From: Thermoproteota archaeon
GTDB lineage: Archaea > Korarchaeota > JAOZGF01 > JAOZFZ01
Direction: 5' to 3'
Length of the DNA: 34,249 bases
Assembly: GCA_027492035.1 (NCBI GenBank)
Contig: JAOZFT010000010.1
Span: 1 to 34,249 of the forward strand
The position numbers were made by a program, and so were the translations under genes. How positions within the stretch are numbered: the stretch's first letter is position 1; the number at the start of each line of letters is the position of its first letter. This document shows, piece by piece, positions 1-9,554 of this stretch. The notes beneath the pieces are model-generated. The model saw only the letters and a program-made list of their open reading frames with translations. It was not told the DNA's origin and made no database searches.

Positions 1-2
1 AA

Positions 3-716
3 TCAGCTGCCAACCTTAGAGCAATAAATACTTGGCTAGTTTACCACTGGCTTGACAATTACCCGTATAACAACGTTTATGTCTTTGATTACTACAATGT
101 CTTAACTTCAAATGGTGGAGGTTATGAAATCAGTGACGTAGGAGCTGAAACCGGGAACCATCATCGTTTTCGAAACGGCCGAGTTCAGCATGTCATAGGC
201 TATAACAACAATTACACAGCTTATCCCAGTGAAGGGGGGAATGATAATCACCCCAATCCGGTAGGCCATCGAAAAGCAGCGACAGAATTTGTGCCATTAC
301 TTAACATAGCTTACCACTGCTGGAAGGGGGACGGTGGACAGCCTCAGCTAATGGGGAGGTCATTACCAGGGCAACAACCAACACCAACACCAACAGCATC
401 CCCCACACCAACACAGAAAGTCACTCAAACACCAACTGTATCTCCAACTCCAAGTATTTTACCGACTACTTCCCCCTCTCCCCAGCCATCGATAGAACTT
501 AGAGGACTGCCTGTTTTGTTGATTGGCATAGTCATTGCAATCGTTATTGTCACCGTTTCAGTTTTAATTTTCAAGAGGAGAAGGAGCCTTCAGTTTGGAA
601 CTCAACCTCCATACCCAAGTGAGCAATTTAGGCCTGTTAAGTACTGCCCATTCTGTGGTTCACCAGTAGAACCTGGAACAATTTATTGCACAAATTGTGG
701 AAAGAAATTAAGATAA
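3..716 (+). CDS. 5'-truncated membrane-anchored protein: SGNH/GDSL-hydrolase-like C-terminal part, Pro/Thr linker, TM helix, cytoplasmic zinc ribbon
   Basis: Frame of the 291..716 ORF is open back to base 3 (SAANLRAINTWLVYHWLDNYPYNNVYVFDYYNVL...GGNDNHPNPVGHRKAATEFVPLL). DxHPNxxGH resembles SGNH block V. It is followed by a PTPTPT linker, hydrophobic LPVLLIGIVIAIVIVTVSVLIF + KRRR, and CPFC...CTNC. Confidence 0.75.
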   Translation, partial: SAANLRAINTWLVYHWLDNYPYNNVYVFDYYNVLTSNGGGYEISDVGAETGNHHRFRNGRVQHVIGYNNNYTAYPSEGGNDNHPNPVGHRKAATEFVPLLNIAYHCWKGDGGQPQLMGRSLPGQQPTPTPTASPTPTQKVTQTPTVSPTPSILPTTSPSPQPSIELRGLPVLLIGIVIAIVIVTVSVLIFKRRRSLQFGTQPPYPSEQFRPVKYCPFCGSPVEPGTIYCTNCGKKLR

Positions 717-737
717 ACTCCTTTTCCCTCTTTTTCT
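717..737 (+). terminator. Putative archaeal oligo-T/pyrimidine terminator
   Basis: CTCCTTTTCCCTCTTTTTCT directly after the stop at 716. Confidence 0.35.
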
Positions 738-893
738 GTAAGATTATTCACTTATGACCTGCTGGGAAGGGTATGAAGTTTTCTGTAAAATGGATAAATT
801 AAAACAATTTACTTCCTAGTTTTTTATAAATGTACACATGGTTAACTTGCTTCTATTTAACTTCACTACGGAAGTGGGTGTTTTTAGGAATGG

Positions 894-907
894 CAAAAAT
901 TTAAATA
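894..907 (+). promoter_or_regulatory. Candidate BRE + TATA box for the ABC operon
   Basis: CAAAAA followed by TTTAAATA, about 77 nt upstream of ATG 984; other AT-rich candidates lie nearer the start. Confidence 0.3.
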
Positions 908-983
908 GTTTCAAACAAGTTCTTCACCATTTAATTTGAAAATATTTACTTATATTTCTAAATAATTTTTATGCACATATAAG

Positions 984-1916
984 ATGATCACCATGTTAGC
1001 TATAGAAGTTAGTGAATTAGTTAAGAAGTATGGTGAAGTTGTAGCTGTTAACCGTATAAGTTTTAAGGTTTTCAAAGGGAAAGTTTTCGGTTTTTTAGGT
1101 CCTAACGGAGCAGGAAAAACGACTACCGTAGAGATTTTGGAAGGTCTTCGGCAGCCTACTTCTGGTTCCGTGAAAGTATTGGGTTATAACCCTTCTAGGC
1201 CCGAGGAAGCTTCTAAATTAAAGTGGAAGATAGGGATCTTACCTCAAGATTTCAACGCTCTTGATCGACTAACAGTTAAAGAGAACATCAACTTGTTTTG
1301 TGCACTTTACGGAAATAGAATTTCAGCGGAAGAACTTATTAAGTTGGTGGATTTAGGAGATTATAAAAAAGTGCGTTTTTACAAACTTTCAGGTGGGTTA
1401 AAACAAAGGGTTGGGTTAGCTGTAGCCATGGCTGGTGACCCTGAACTTGTTTTTCTTGACGAACCTACTTCAGGTTTAGATCCCAGGTCAAGAAGGGAGA
1501 CATGGAAAATTATTGAGGGGTTAAAAGAACTTGGAAAAACGGTTTTTCTAACAACTCATTACATGGATGAAGCTGAAAATTTATCTGATGAAATAACAAT
1601 AATTAACAAAGGTGAAATAGTGGCCCATGGAACGCCTGAAGAGTTAATAGAGAATTATGGTGGAGGGAAAAGATTAATTATTAGGGGTGACGGAGAAGTT
1701 TTAAATGTTTTACTTGGCGAAACAGGGGAGAAACCTGTTAAGGTGGGTGGGGAAGTGCGTGTACCTTTCAATAAACCAAGTGAAGCTGTTAAAATTCTCG
1801 AAATGCTTTCACTAAAAGGACTTAATTATGACTTTGAAGTAGAGAAAGGGAGTATCGAAGACGTTTTCTTGAAACTTGTAGGGGCAAAAATAACTGAGGA
1901 GGGTGAATTGAAGTGA
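984..1916 (+). CDS. ABC-2 (DrrA-like multidrug/export) transporter ATP-binding subunit
   Basis: Walker A GPNGAGKTT, signature LSGGLKQR, Walker B VFLDEPTSGLD, H-loop TTHYM. Alternative start ATG 993. Confidence 0.95.
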   Translation: MITMLAIEVSELVKKYGEVVAVNRISFKVFKGKVFGFLGPNGAGKTTTVEILEGLRQPTSGSVKVLGYNPSRPEEASKLKWKIGILPQDFNALDRLTVKENINLFCALYGNRISAEELIKLVDLGDYKKVRFYKLSGGLKQRVGLAVAMAGDPELVFLDEPTSGLDPRSRRETWKIIEGLKELGKTVFLTTHYMDEAENLSDEITIINKGEIVAHGTPEELIENYGGGKRLIIRGDGEVLNVLLGETGEKPVKVGGEVRVPFNKPSEAVKILEMLSLKGLNYDFEVEKGSIEDVFLKLVGAKITEEGELK

Positions 1917-3175
1917 AAAGGACGCTTACCTTATGTAAGGCTTTAATCATTAATTGGGTGAGGAGTAAAAGTGGCATGTTTTTCAGTTTTCTATTTCCAC
2001 TTTTACTGCTTTTAGTGTTTGGGTCGGTTTTTGGGGGCTCTCAACAAGTTAGGTATAGTCTGCATGTTTTGAATAGGGATTTGGATTCATCCGGCAACCC
2101 AACTAATTTGTCAGAAGCCCTTATAGAAGCTTTAAACTCAACCAAAAGTTTCAATTTAGTTTTGGCACCTTCCAATGTTGAACCGTTAGAATACATAAGA
2201 AATAACACAAACCCTTTCTCAAGCAACGTAAGGCTTTTAATTATTCCAGAGGGGTTTCAAGAAAGGGTTATAAGAGGGAGCTTCAAGGGCCAAATAGGCG
2301 TTATGATAACTTTTATGGAGTATTCCCTAAAATCCTTGAGTGGAAACATTTCTTCCAAAAACAAAACACAAATTAGAAAAGGATTGGAAGAAATGAAAAG
2401 TGTAAATCAATCCTTACCTGATGTAAAAGGTGAGCTTACGCTTTTAGTAGATCCATCTGACCCAAACAACAACATAATAAAAGGGATAATTTATAGTGTA
2501 GTAAATGCATTTAGTTTCAAATTAATTGGAGGCAAAGAAGTAGTGACACTTAAAACCGGCAATTACACTGTTAAAACTTATACTCCAGTTGATTACTATT
2601 TACCAGGGTATATCGCGGCCTTTATAATGACTAATGGGGTGATGGGGGTTACTTCACTTACAACAGATTTTAAAAGGAGGGGAATTTTAAAAAGGTTAAT
2701 CACTACCCCATTAACCAAAATGGAATGGATTCTTGCAAATATTTTCAGCCAAACCATCCTGGCAATACTTTTAACTTTAGTTATGGTTTTCTTTGCCTGG
2801 GCGGTATTCAAGGTTACAGCTCTTCCAGGCTTTTACAGTTGGATACTTATATTCATTGGTTCGATTCTGTTTTCAGGGTTGGGTATGGTGCTTGGTGGAT
2901 TGATAAAGGATGTTGAAGCAGCATCAGCAATCGGAAATGCAATTGCTTTCCCCATGATGTTTTTGTCAGGATCCTTTTGGCCTCTAGAGATAATGCCTAC
3001 CTATATGCAATTAATAGCTAAGGTTCTACCTTTGACTTATTTCTCTGAAGGGTTAAGGTTCACTTTGATTCTTGGTTATCCTCAAGGGGCTTTGTTAGAT
3101 TTTGTTGTAATGGGTTGTTTAGCTGCAATTTTCATATTTTTGGCTTCCGCAGTTACCTGTTGGAGAGAGAAGTAG
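1913..3175 (+). CDS. ABC-2 type transporter permease with large extracytoplasmic loop
   Basis: GTGA overlap with the ATPase stop; N-terminal TM, long soluble loop, then about 5 TMs with FLSGSFWPLEIMP...LPLTY, typical of ABC-2 permeases. Confidence 0.92.
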   Translation: MKRTLTLCKALIINWVRSKSGMFFSFLFPLLLLLVFGSVFGGSQQVRYSLHVLNRDLDSSGNPTNLSEALIEALNSTKSFNLVLAPSNVEPLEYIRNNTNPFSSNVRLLIIPEGFQERVIRGSFKGQIGVMITFMEYSLKSLSGNISSKNKTQIRKGLEEMKSVNQSLPDVKGELTLLVDPSDPNNNIIKGIIYSVVNAFSFKLIGGKEVVTLKTGNYTVKTYTPVDYYLPGYIAAFIMTNGVMGVTSLTTDFKRRGILKRLITTPLTKMEWILANIFSQTILAILLTLVMVFFAWAVFKVTALPGFYSWILIFIGSILFSGLGMVLGGLIKDVEAASAIGNAIAFPMMFLSGSFWPLEIMPTYMQLIAKVLPLTYFSEGLRFTLILGYPQGALLDFVVMGCLAAIFIFLASAVTCWREK

Positions 3176-3305
3176 AGAGAAAAACAGGAATAAATCCAGT
3201 TTCTTTTAAACTTTTTCACTTAGAGTTTTTATTTTTGAAAAGGAATAGTTTTCCACAGGTTTCATGGTAAAGGTTTTTTCCAGGTTTGTAAAGAGGTAAA
3301 AATGC

Positions 3306-4010
3306 TTGAGGATTAAAGAAGAGACCGTGGAAGGGGTTTTCTTGAGTAGAGTGAACAGGTTTATGGTTCTGGTTTCAGTGAATGGATTTAAGTTTAAAGT
3401 GCATCTTGCTGACCCTGGAAGACTTAAAGACCTTCTTGTGCCTAAATCTAAGGTTTTAATGCTAAAAAAACGCAATTTTAGAGGAGAAAATTCGAGAAAA
3501 ACAAAGTACGAAGTCTTGGCATTCAGGAAAGGAGATTTATGGGTTGTTACGAATTCAATGCTTCACAACCAATTAGCAGAAGAAGTTTTAAGTAAAAGGT
3601 TAATTGAGGAGTTGAAGGGTTATACTGTGGCTAAAAGGGAGTATTTTGTCGGTGGGGGCAGAATAGATTTCCTTTTAGAAGGTTTTAATGGTAAGAAATG
3701 TTTACTGGAAGTTAAGGGGTGCACATTGGTTAAAAATGGAGTGGCTTTATTCCCGGATGCACCAACCAAAAGAGGTAGGAGACATGTGGAAGAACTAGTT
3801 AAGGCTTTGTCTTTAAACATGGAAGCGGCTGTTCTTTTCTTAATTATGCGAAGCGACGCTCAAGTATTTAAACCAAACAAGGAAACAGATCCCGAATTTA
3901 CTGAGTCGTTAAGAAAAGCTTATAAGGAGGGTGTAAAGATTTTTGCTTACTCCTTCATTTTGGAAGGGAAAGAAATAAAACCCTTAAGAAGGGTACCTGT
4001 AAAGGTTTAA
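3306..4010 (+). CDS. sfsA: SfsA family DNA/RNA nuclease (sugar fermentation stimulation protein)
   Basis: RVNRF, HLADPGRL, RIDFLL...LEVKGCTLV, FPDAPTKRGRRH and DPEF motifs; TTG start with GAGGT upstream. Confidence 0.95.
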   Translation: MRIKEETVEGVFLSRVNRFMVLVSVNGFKFKVHLADPGRLKDLLVPKSKVLMLKKRNFRGENSRKTKYEVLAFRKGDLWVVTNSMLHNQLAEEVLSKRLIEELKGYTVAKREYFVGGGRIDFLLEGFNGKKCLLEVKGCTLVKNGVALFPDAPTKRGRRHVEELVKALSLNMEAAVLFLIMRSDAQVFKPNKETDPEFTESLRKAYKEGVKIFAYSFILEGKEIKPLRRVPVKV

Positions 4011-4016
4011 GAAGTT

Positions 4017-4409
4017 TTAAGAACTATTTTTGGTTTTAAAAAGCAACCAATTCCTAGGGTCTTTGCCAGGCTTCAGTTTAATCAATGCATATTTTCCCTT
4101 TAACTTATTTCCTCTCAAATCAAAAATTATTTTCGTTTCACTCCTTTCAATAAGCACATATGTTCCCTTATCCCAGCATTCAACCTTTCCTGCACCATAG
4201 AAACCTTCGGGGATATAACCTTCAAAATCTGCATAGCTTAAAGGATGATCTTCCACTTGAACCGCAAGCCTCCTAACGCCGGACTTTGTAGGGGGCTCCT
4301 TTGGAACAGCCCAACTTTTCAAAACTCCATCCATTTCAAGTCTTAAATCATAATGTAAATGACTTGCATGATGTTTTTGAACGACAAAAATGCGTTCCCT
4401 ACTTTTCAA
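4017..4409 (-). CDS. Stand-alone LigD-type DNA 3'-phosphoesterase (PE domain)
   Basis: FVVQKHHASHLHYDLRLEMDGVLKSWAVPK, RLAVQVEDHPLSYADFEG and YGAGKVECWDKG are hallmark PE motifs. TTG start at 4409 chosen because GGAGG lies 7 nt upstream (130 aa). Confidence 0.93.
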   Translation of the reverse strand: MKSRERIFVVQKHHASHLHYDLRLEMDGVLKSWAVPKEPPTKSGVRRLAVQVEDHPLSYADFEGYIPEGFYGAGKVECWDKGTYVLIERSETKIIFDLRGNKLKGKYALIKLKPGKDPRNWLLFKTKNSS

Positions 4410-4477
4410 GTAATTCCTCCCCTTTTTGAATACACTATTAAAAAAATCTAGAAAAATCAAGCTTTGTTTTCACTTAC

Positions 4478-5428
4478 CTAATCTTTTCTCCAACCACCAA
4501 TTTTTTTAAAAAAGTTAAGTGACACTATCCCAACGAAGATAGCGAATATGCTTATTAATCCTCCTTCGGGGCCGAAAGCTCCTCCGGTAAATAAGTTAGG
4601 TCCCGTTATTTTTGTCTGAATTAATTTGAAACCTGAAACTCCACTAACAGGAAACCCAAAAACAGGCCCCTCAAAAAAGTTCCAAGAAACATGTAAAGCA
4701 ACAGGTAACCATAAAAAGTTTGTGGTTAGATAACCGTAAGCTAGGAGTACACCCGCTAAAGTAATGCTTATAATTGAAAGAATTGTGACATTTGGGTTTC
4801 CAGCATGAACCAAACCGAATAAAATGGAAGATGCCGCAACAGCTACTGCAACACCCCAATCTTCAATCAAATTTTGGAGGATATATCCCCGGAAAATAAG
4901 TTCTTCAGCCAAACCTAATAAAACAAATTGAAGAAGAGTAAATGAAATAGAGAAGAAGAGTTTCTCGGGGCTGTTGCCTTGGTGAATGAACCCTTTAATC
5001 ATTAAACAACCAGTCGCATATAAAATTAAAAAAATTAATGTTGTCAAAGTTATTCCTAACCCAGTTCCCACTACCACATCTCTCAAGAATCCCTTATAGA
5101 ATTTTAGACCTAAATCAAGCAAGGAACGTTTATCTATAAAACGGCAGAAAAGATAGGTTAGTGACAGAGCGAAGAGGGGCTGAATAAGTGATAGAACCCT
5201 CCAGTTAAGCAATTCTTTAAATTTAGTGTATAAAATAAGGAAGAGTAAACTGTAAATTGCGAACATAAGGAGAAGAGAGAAAAAGAAGAAAATAACGCGT
5301 AAGGTAGGACGTAACAATTTACTTCTTTTACTAAACATTCCAAAATCTTCTATATCCTCTTTGCATCTTTTCAGGGAGCTCAACCAAAAACCCTCTGAAT
5401 TGTTCAGTAGCTGTATTTCCCTTTTCAT
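4478..5428 (-). CDS. CPBP (CAAX/Abi, Rce1-like) intramembrane metalloprotease
   Basis: EELIFRGY, FGLVH and HVSWN motifs, multiple TMs, GGAFGPEGG tail. Alternative start ATG 5338. Confidence 0.92.
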   Translation of the reverse strand: MKREIQLLNNSEGFWLSSLKRCKEDIEDFGMFSKRSKLLRPTLRVIFFFFSLLLMFAIYSLLFLILYTKFKELLNWRVLSLIQPLFALSLTYLFCRFIDKRSLLDLGLKFYKGFLRDVVVGTGLGITLTTLIFLILYATGCLMIKGFIHQGNSPEKLFFSISFTLLQFVLLGLAEELIFRGYILQNLIEDWGVAVAVAASSILFGLVHAGNPNVTILSIISITLAGVLLAYGYLTTNFLWLPVALHVSWNFFEGPVFGFPVSGVSGFKLIQTKITGPNLFTGGAFGPEGGLISIFAIFVGIVSLNFFKKIGGWRKD

Positions 5429-5439
5429 CTCTAAAGGTT

Positions 5440-5970
5440 TCAGACTTGAACATACTTAAATAATGCTTTTTTGAATTCTTCCACTGTCTTCTGGTTTAAA
5501 CCGCAAAGTATAACTTTTTTAACCTTTACTGCCCTTTTAGAATGCTCAATTATTGCTTTAACAATTAATTTAGCCACTTTATTCATGGGCACCCCACCGA
5601 CACCTGCTCCTAAAGCAGGTAAAGCTATAGATTCACAGGAAGTTTTTTCAGCCTCTGCCAAAGCAGCTTTAGCTGCTAAATAAACATTTTCTGGAGGAAT
5701 TGACATAGCCGGTCTGGACATGGTGGGGGCATGAATAACAAATTTAAATTTCAATTTACCCGCACTAGTTGAGACAGCTTCCCCTACAGGAACCGGAGCC
5801 TTCTTTCTAGCTTCTTTTTCTATTTCTTCTCCGCCATGTCTTTTAATTACACCTGCTACGCCTCCACCCATTACCATTAAGCTATTGGCTGCGTTAACTA
5901 TGCATTCCACATTCAATTTAAGTATGTCGCCTTTAAACACCGCCACTTCCAAGTTGCCTATTTTAACCAT
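5440..5970 (-). CDS. Macrodomain (ADP-ribose-binding / O-acetyl-ADP-ribose deacetylase family) protein
   Basis: GDI, IVNAANSLMVMGGGVAG, VIHAPTM and PALGAGVGG motifs. Confidence 0.95.
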   Translation of the reverse strand: MVKIGNLEVAVFKGDILKLNVECIVNAANSLMVMGGGVAGVIKRHGGEEIEKEARKKAPVPVGEAVSTSAGKLKFKFVIHAPTMSRPAMSIPPENVYLAAKAALAEAEKTSCESIALPALGAGVGGVPMNKVAKLIVKAIIEHSKRAVKVKKVILCGLNQKTVEEFKKALFKYVQV

Positions 5971-6022
5971 TACTTAAACATCTCTCCAAATTTTTTACAT
6001 TCCAAAGTTACATGGGTAGAAG

Positions 6023-6036
6023 TATTTAAATTTCTG
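6023..6036 (-). promoter_or_regulatory. BRE + TATA box upstream of the macrodomain-CPBP(-PE) genes
   Basis: Minus strand reads CAGAAA-TTTAAATA, about 53 nt upstream of ATG 5970. Confidence 0.5.
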
Positions 6037-6168
6037 ATTAGGGAGGACAAGGAAAGTAATTAATTGACTTTCTAAGCATTAAAAGCCTTAAAAACCGGAA
6101 GGGAAAGAAGTATTACCTTGATTTCGAATGGAAACACATTTTCCTATTCAATCTGTTACGTAAAGGTT

Positions 6169-7692
6169 TTAAGTAGTTATTTCAGGGAAGATGTCTAGAA
6201 GCATCCCCTCTATTGCTATAGGTTTCAGCGTTAAAGCCAGTTCATATGCATCATTCAATTTTGTTGTTCTTTCAGCAAATATTTCAAGTATAGGTTCCCC
6301 TTTCTTGACTTTATGGCCTTGTTTCCCGTAAATAACTAAACCAGCCCCCCTTTCTTTAGGTGCACCTGCCTTCCTAGCTATTTCATTAATCTTTTCATTA
6401 TCAACCTTTTTGATATATCCGTCTATAGGGGACTTTAGAACTGCTTTATGTTGCCCTACAGGTAAATCTTCAGGTTTGATGTCTGGATCTCCTCCCTGGG
6501 CTTCAATTATTTCTTTCATTTTTAAATAAGCCCTTCCTTTCCTGAAAATTTCATAAGCTAAGTCTTTCCCGTATCCTCTTCTTGATTTACCTGAAACTTC
6601 AAGAAGTAAACCTGCCAATGACATGGATTTCTCAAGTAAACTGGTTGAACAATTTTTGCCGCCGTTGATTAAAGCCTCTAAGGCTTCTTTAGCTTCTAAA
6701 GCAGGGCCCACACATCGACCAATAGGCTGTCCACCGTAAGTTATTCCGCAAACAACTTTAATACCTAACCTGTGCCCTAATTGAGAGAATTTATGAGCCA
6801 GCTCCAGTGCATTTTTCCTGTTTTCAATTTTAGCTCCCTCACCCACCGGTAAGTCGAGGGTTAAATAATTCACGCCTGTAGCTAATTTTTTAGAAAATAT
6901 ACTTGCCAACATTTGGCTTTCAGGATCCACCCTAAGGGGTCTTTCAACTTCCCTTATAAAGATGTCGTCTGCAGGAGCTAAGCCGAGTCTTCCTCCCCAA
7001 ACTATTGCTCCTCCAGCTTTTAAGGCAACTTCTTTAAACTCTTCAGGAGTAAATTCTACCGGGGCCAATACAGACATCGTGTCCGCGGTGCCACTTGGGG
7101 AAGTTATTGCTTTGCTTGAAGTTTTAGGTATGAATAAACCTGCAGCTGCGATTGTTGGGACGATTAAGAGTGAAATCTTGTTCCCTGGTACCCCTCCTAT
7201 GCTGTGTTTATCGTAAACTGTCCTATTAAACTCAATTGTTTCACCTGTTTCAACCATCACTTTTGTTAAGTGTTCAATTTCCTCCATCGTCATTCCAACA
7301 TATTCTTCTGCAAGAATGAAGGCTGCCATTTCTAAATTTGTTAAGTTGCCGTTTACAGCATCTTGGATTACTTCTCTTAATTCAGTATAGGAGAGCTTGC
7401 CTCCCTGCATTTTTTTCCTGATGTAATTAAATGATTTAGCTGATTTAGCTCTAGCAATATTTAACAAGTTTTCTTCGAAGCTGTAACGTTTCCTTAAATA
7501 GTTACCAACCCCTACTGACCCTTTGTTCACTAATTTTTTGGTTAAAGCAATGAAGGACCTTACTTTCATCCTTCTTATCTTCAAAACAACTTGATCATTT
7601 GATTCAATACCTAGTTTCTGGGCATCTTCAAAATTTAAGAAAACAATAGGGTAACTTGTATCCACATCTAAAAAAGTAGGTTTAAAATTCAA
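6169..7692 (-). CDS. deoA: AMP phosphorylase (archaeal NMP phosphorylase, thymidine phosphorylase family)
   Basis: DKHSIGGVPGNK, IPKTSSKAITSPSGTAD, QPIGRCVGPALEA, ARKAGAP, plus the N-terminal extra domain typical of AMPpase. TTG at 7692 with GGGAGG upstream gives 507 aa; the ORF-track extension to 7842 looks non-coding. Confidence 0.93.
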   Translation of the reverse strand: MNFKPTFLDVDTSYPIVFLNFEDAQKLGIESNDQVVLKIRRMKVRSFIALTKKLVNKGSVGVGNYLRKRYSFEENLLNIARAKSAKSFNYIRKKMQGGKLSYTELREVIQDAVNGNLTNLEMAAFILAEEYVGMTMEEIEHLTKVMVETGETIEFNRTVYDKHSIGGVPGNKISLLIVPTIAAAGLFIPKTSSKAITSPSGTADTMSVLAPVEFTPEEFKEVALKAGGAIVWGGRLGLAPADDIFIREVERPLRVDPESQMLASIFSKKLATGVNYLTLDLPVGEGAKIENRKNALELAHKFSQLGHRLGIKVVCGITYGGQPIGRCVGPALEAKEALEALINGGKNCSTSLLEKSMSLAGLLLEVSGKSRRGYGKDLAYEIFRKGRAYLKMKEIIEAQGGDPDIKPEDLPVGQHKAVLKSPIDGYIKKVDNEKINEIARKAGAPKERGAGLVIYGKQGHKVKKGEPILEIFAERTTKLNDAYELALTLKPIAIEGMLLDIFPEITT

Positions 7693-7921
7693 AAGTGAAA
7701 CCTCCCTTTTCCAGGCCCATAAAAAAAAACACAAAGAAAATTTTAAGCAACCTGTATTTAAAAATTTCTGGATTACTTGCAGAGAAGAAGAGTTACTTGA
7801 AAAATCGTAAAGTCGAAGGAGAGGCTTAAATTCAGGAAACATATTTATTTTTGTTTAAAAGAGTTTTGGAACACCTTGCTTGATTTTATTTTATGTGATC
7901 CAAAATTTTGAATGTTAAGCA

Positions 7922-7929
7922 TTTAAATA
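7922..7929 (+). promoter_or_regulatory. Candidate TATA box of the thiolase operon
   Basis: TTTAAATA about 38 nt upstream of 7967, in the divergent intergenic region. Confidence 0.4.
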
Positions 7930-7966
7930 TTTTTCCAAACTAAGTAAAGAGGAAAGTAAGAGGGTA

Positions 7967-9136
7967 ATGGTGGTTTTCTTGCGCAAAGTTGTTTTGTTAG
8001 GAACTGGTTCAACAAAGTACGGAAAGTTAAACGTTACAGCCCGGGAGGCTGCAGTTTTAGCTGCTAAAGAAGCAATTGAAAAGGTGGGGATAAGTAACAG
8101 AGACGTTGAGGCGGTGTTTGTCTCAAATGTTTTTGGCATGACGGAAAAACAGGGGCATTTAGGGCCTATAATTGCTCATTCACTTGGTATTCCTTATGCA
8201 CCGACTTTTACAGTTGAAACAGCATGTGCAAGCGGGAGTACAGCTTTCAGAGAAGCATTTGTTAATATAGCAGCTGGTTTCTACGACTGCATCCTCGTTG
8301 TTGGAACTGAAAAAGTTTCTCATTTGGACACAATAACTGCAACAACTTATTTTTCCTATGGCTCCGATTTCGCTTTCGAAGCTGTAAACGGTGCCTCCTT
8401 TCCAGGCTTATACGCTAGCATTGCAAGGTATCACATGCATAAGTACGGTACTACAGAGGAGCAGTTGGCAGCAGTCGCCGTTAAAAACCATTCAAACGCG
8501 ATACATAACCCTAAAGCTCATTTCCATAAAAAAATAACCGTCGAGGATGTTTTGAAGTCAAGGGTGGTAGCGAGTCCTTTAAAACTTTATGATTGCTGTC
8601 CTTTTTCAGACGGAGCTTCAGCTGCAATTATTGCTTCTGAAGAATTCGCTAAGAAACATATTGACACATTGATTTATGTTTTAGGTACCGGTAGAGCAAG
8701 TGCCCCTGCTGCCCTGTTCAATAGGGAAAACATGGCTTCAATTATTTCTTCCAAGTTGGCAGCTGAACAAGCTTTTAAAAATTCAAGGTTAACCCATAAG
8801 GACATAGATTTTATGGAGGTTCATGACTGTTTCACAATAGCTGAAGTTATAGCTATTGAAGACATGGGTTTCTGTAAAAAGGGTGAAGGAGCTAAACTAG
8901 CTGAAGAAGGAGTGACTGAAATAGATGGTAAACTCCCAGTTAATCCATCAGGAGGATTGAAAGCTAAAGGCCATCCAGTGGGTGCAACAGGTGTTGGACA
9001 AATAAATGAAGTATATGAACAACTGCTTGGGGAAGCTGGAAAGAGGCAGGTGGAAGGAGCTACAACTGCTCTAACACATAACGTTGGAGCAACAGGTGGA
9101 ACTTGTAACGTTCTAATTTTCAGAAGGGGAGATTGA
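7967..9136 (+). CDS. Archaeal (SCP2-type) acetyl-CoA acetyltransferase / thiolase
   Basis: ETACASG (nucleophile Cys), AVKNH, SDGASA, EVHDCF, NPSGGLKAKGHPVGATG. True start may be TTG 7979 (MRKVV..., GGTGG upstream). Confidence 0.95.
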   Translation: MVVFLRKVVLLGTGSTKYGKLNVTAREAAVLAAKEAIEKVGISNRDVEAVFVSNVFGMTEKQGHLGPIIAHSLGIPYAPTFTVETACASGSTAFREAFVNIAAGFYDCILVVGTEKVSHLDTITATTYFSYGSDFAFEAVNGASFPGLYASIARYHMHKYGTTEEQLAAVAVKNHSNAIHNPKAHFHKKITVEDVLKSRVVASPLKLYDCCPFSDGASAAIIASEEFAKKHIDTLIYVLGTGRASAPAALFNRENMASIISSKLAAEQAFKNSRLTHKDIDFMEVHDCFTIAEVIAIEDMGFCKKGEGAKLAEEGVTEIDGKLPVNPSGGLKAKGHPVGATGVGQINEVYEQLLGEAGKRQVEGATTALTHNVGATGGTCNVLIFRRGD

Positions 9137-9520
9137 ATGAAGGAAGAAAATCTTCCATCAATTAAAGAATTGGAGGAGTACGTTAGACAAGGGAAACTGA
9201 TGGGTTTTAAATGTAAGAAGTGTGGACATAAAGAAGTCACTCCTTTTGTTTACTGCCCAAGGTGCGGAAGCAGTGAAGTTGAGGTTGTTGAATTACCGAA
9301 AACAGGTAAAGTTGTAACATACACTATCCAGTGGGTTGCTCCTGAACGATTTCTTAACGAGGTTCCATATGCGTGGTGTGTAGTGGAGTTAGATGATGGA
9401 ACAATGGTTTCAGGATGGATTCCTTTCATTAGTAAACCTGAAGATTTACCTATAGGGCAGAAAGTTAGGATGGTGAAGAGTTACAAGCCGGGAGTGTATT
9501 TTGAAAAAGTTAAAGAATAA
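9137..9520 (+). CDS. DUF35 Zn-ribbon + OB-fold thiolase partner protein
   Basis: CKKC...CPRC zinc ribbon followed by GKVVTYTI...VPY..CVVELDDG...IGQKV; starts immediately after the thiolase stop. Confidence 0.93.
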   Translation: MKEENLPSIKELEEYVRQGKLMGFKCKKCGHKEVTPFVYCPRCGSSEVEVVELPKTGKVVTYTIQWVAPERFLNEVPYAWCVVELDDGTMVSGWIPFISKPEDLPIGQKVRMVKSYKPGVYFEKVKE

Positions 9521-9554
9521 TTTAATAAATAAAAAGTTTTTGTGAGGAGTAAAA

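Noticed and set aside
372-490. ACACCA-type short tandem repeats
   Set aside because: Explained by the Pro/Thr linker coding sequence; not a CRISPR or independent repeat.
6169-7692. Thymidine phosphorylase call
   Set aside because: Length, extra N-terminal domain, GGVPGNK/TSSKAITS motifs and the presence of R15P isomerase favour AMP phosphorylase.
7693-7842. 50-aa N-terminal extension of AMP phosphorylase in the ORF track
   Set aside because: Non-family-like sequence in the divergent promoter region; a TTG with a strong RBS at 7692 gives the expected length.
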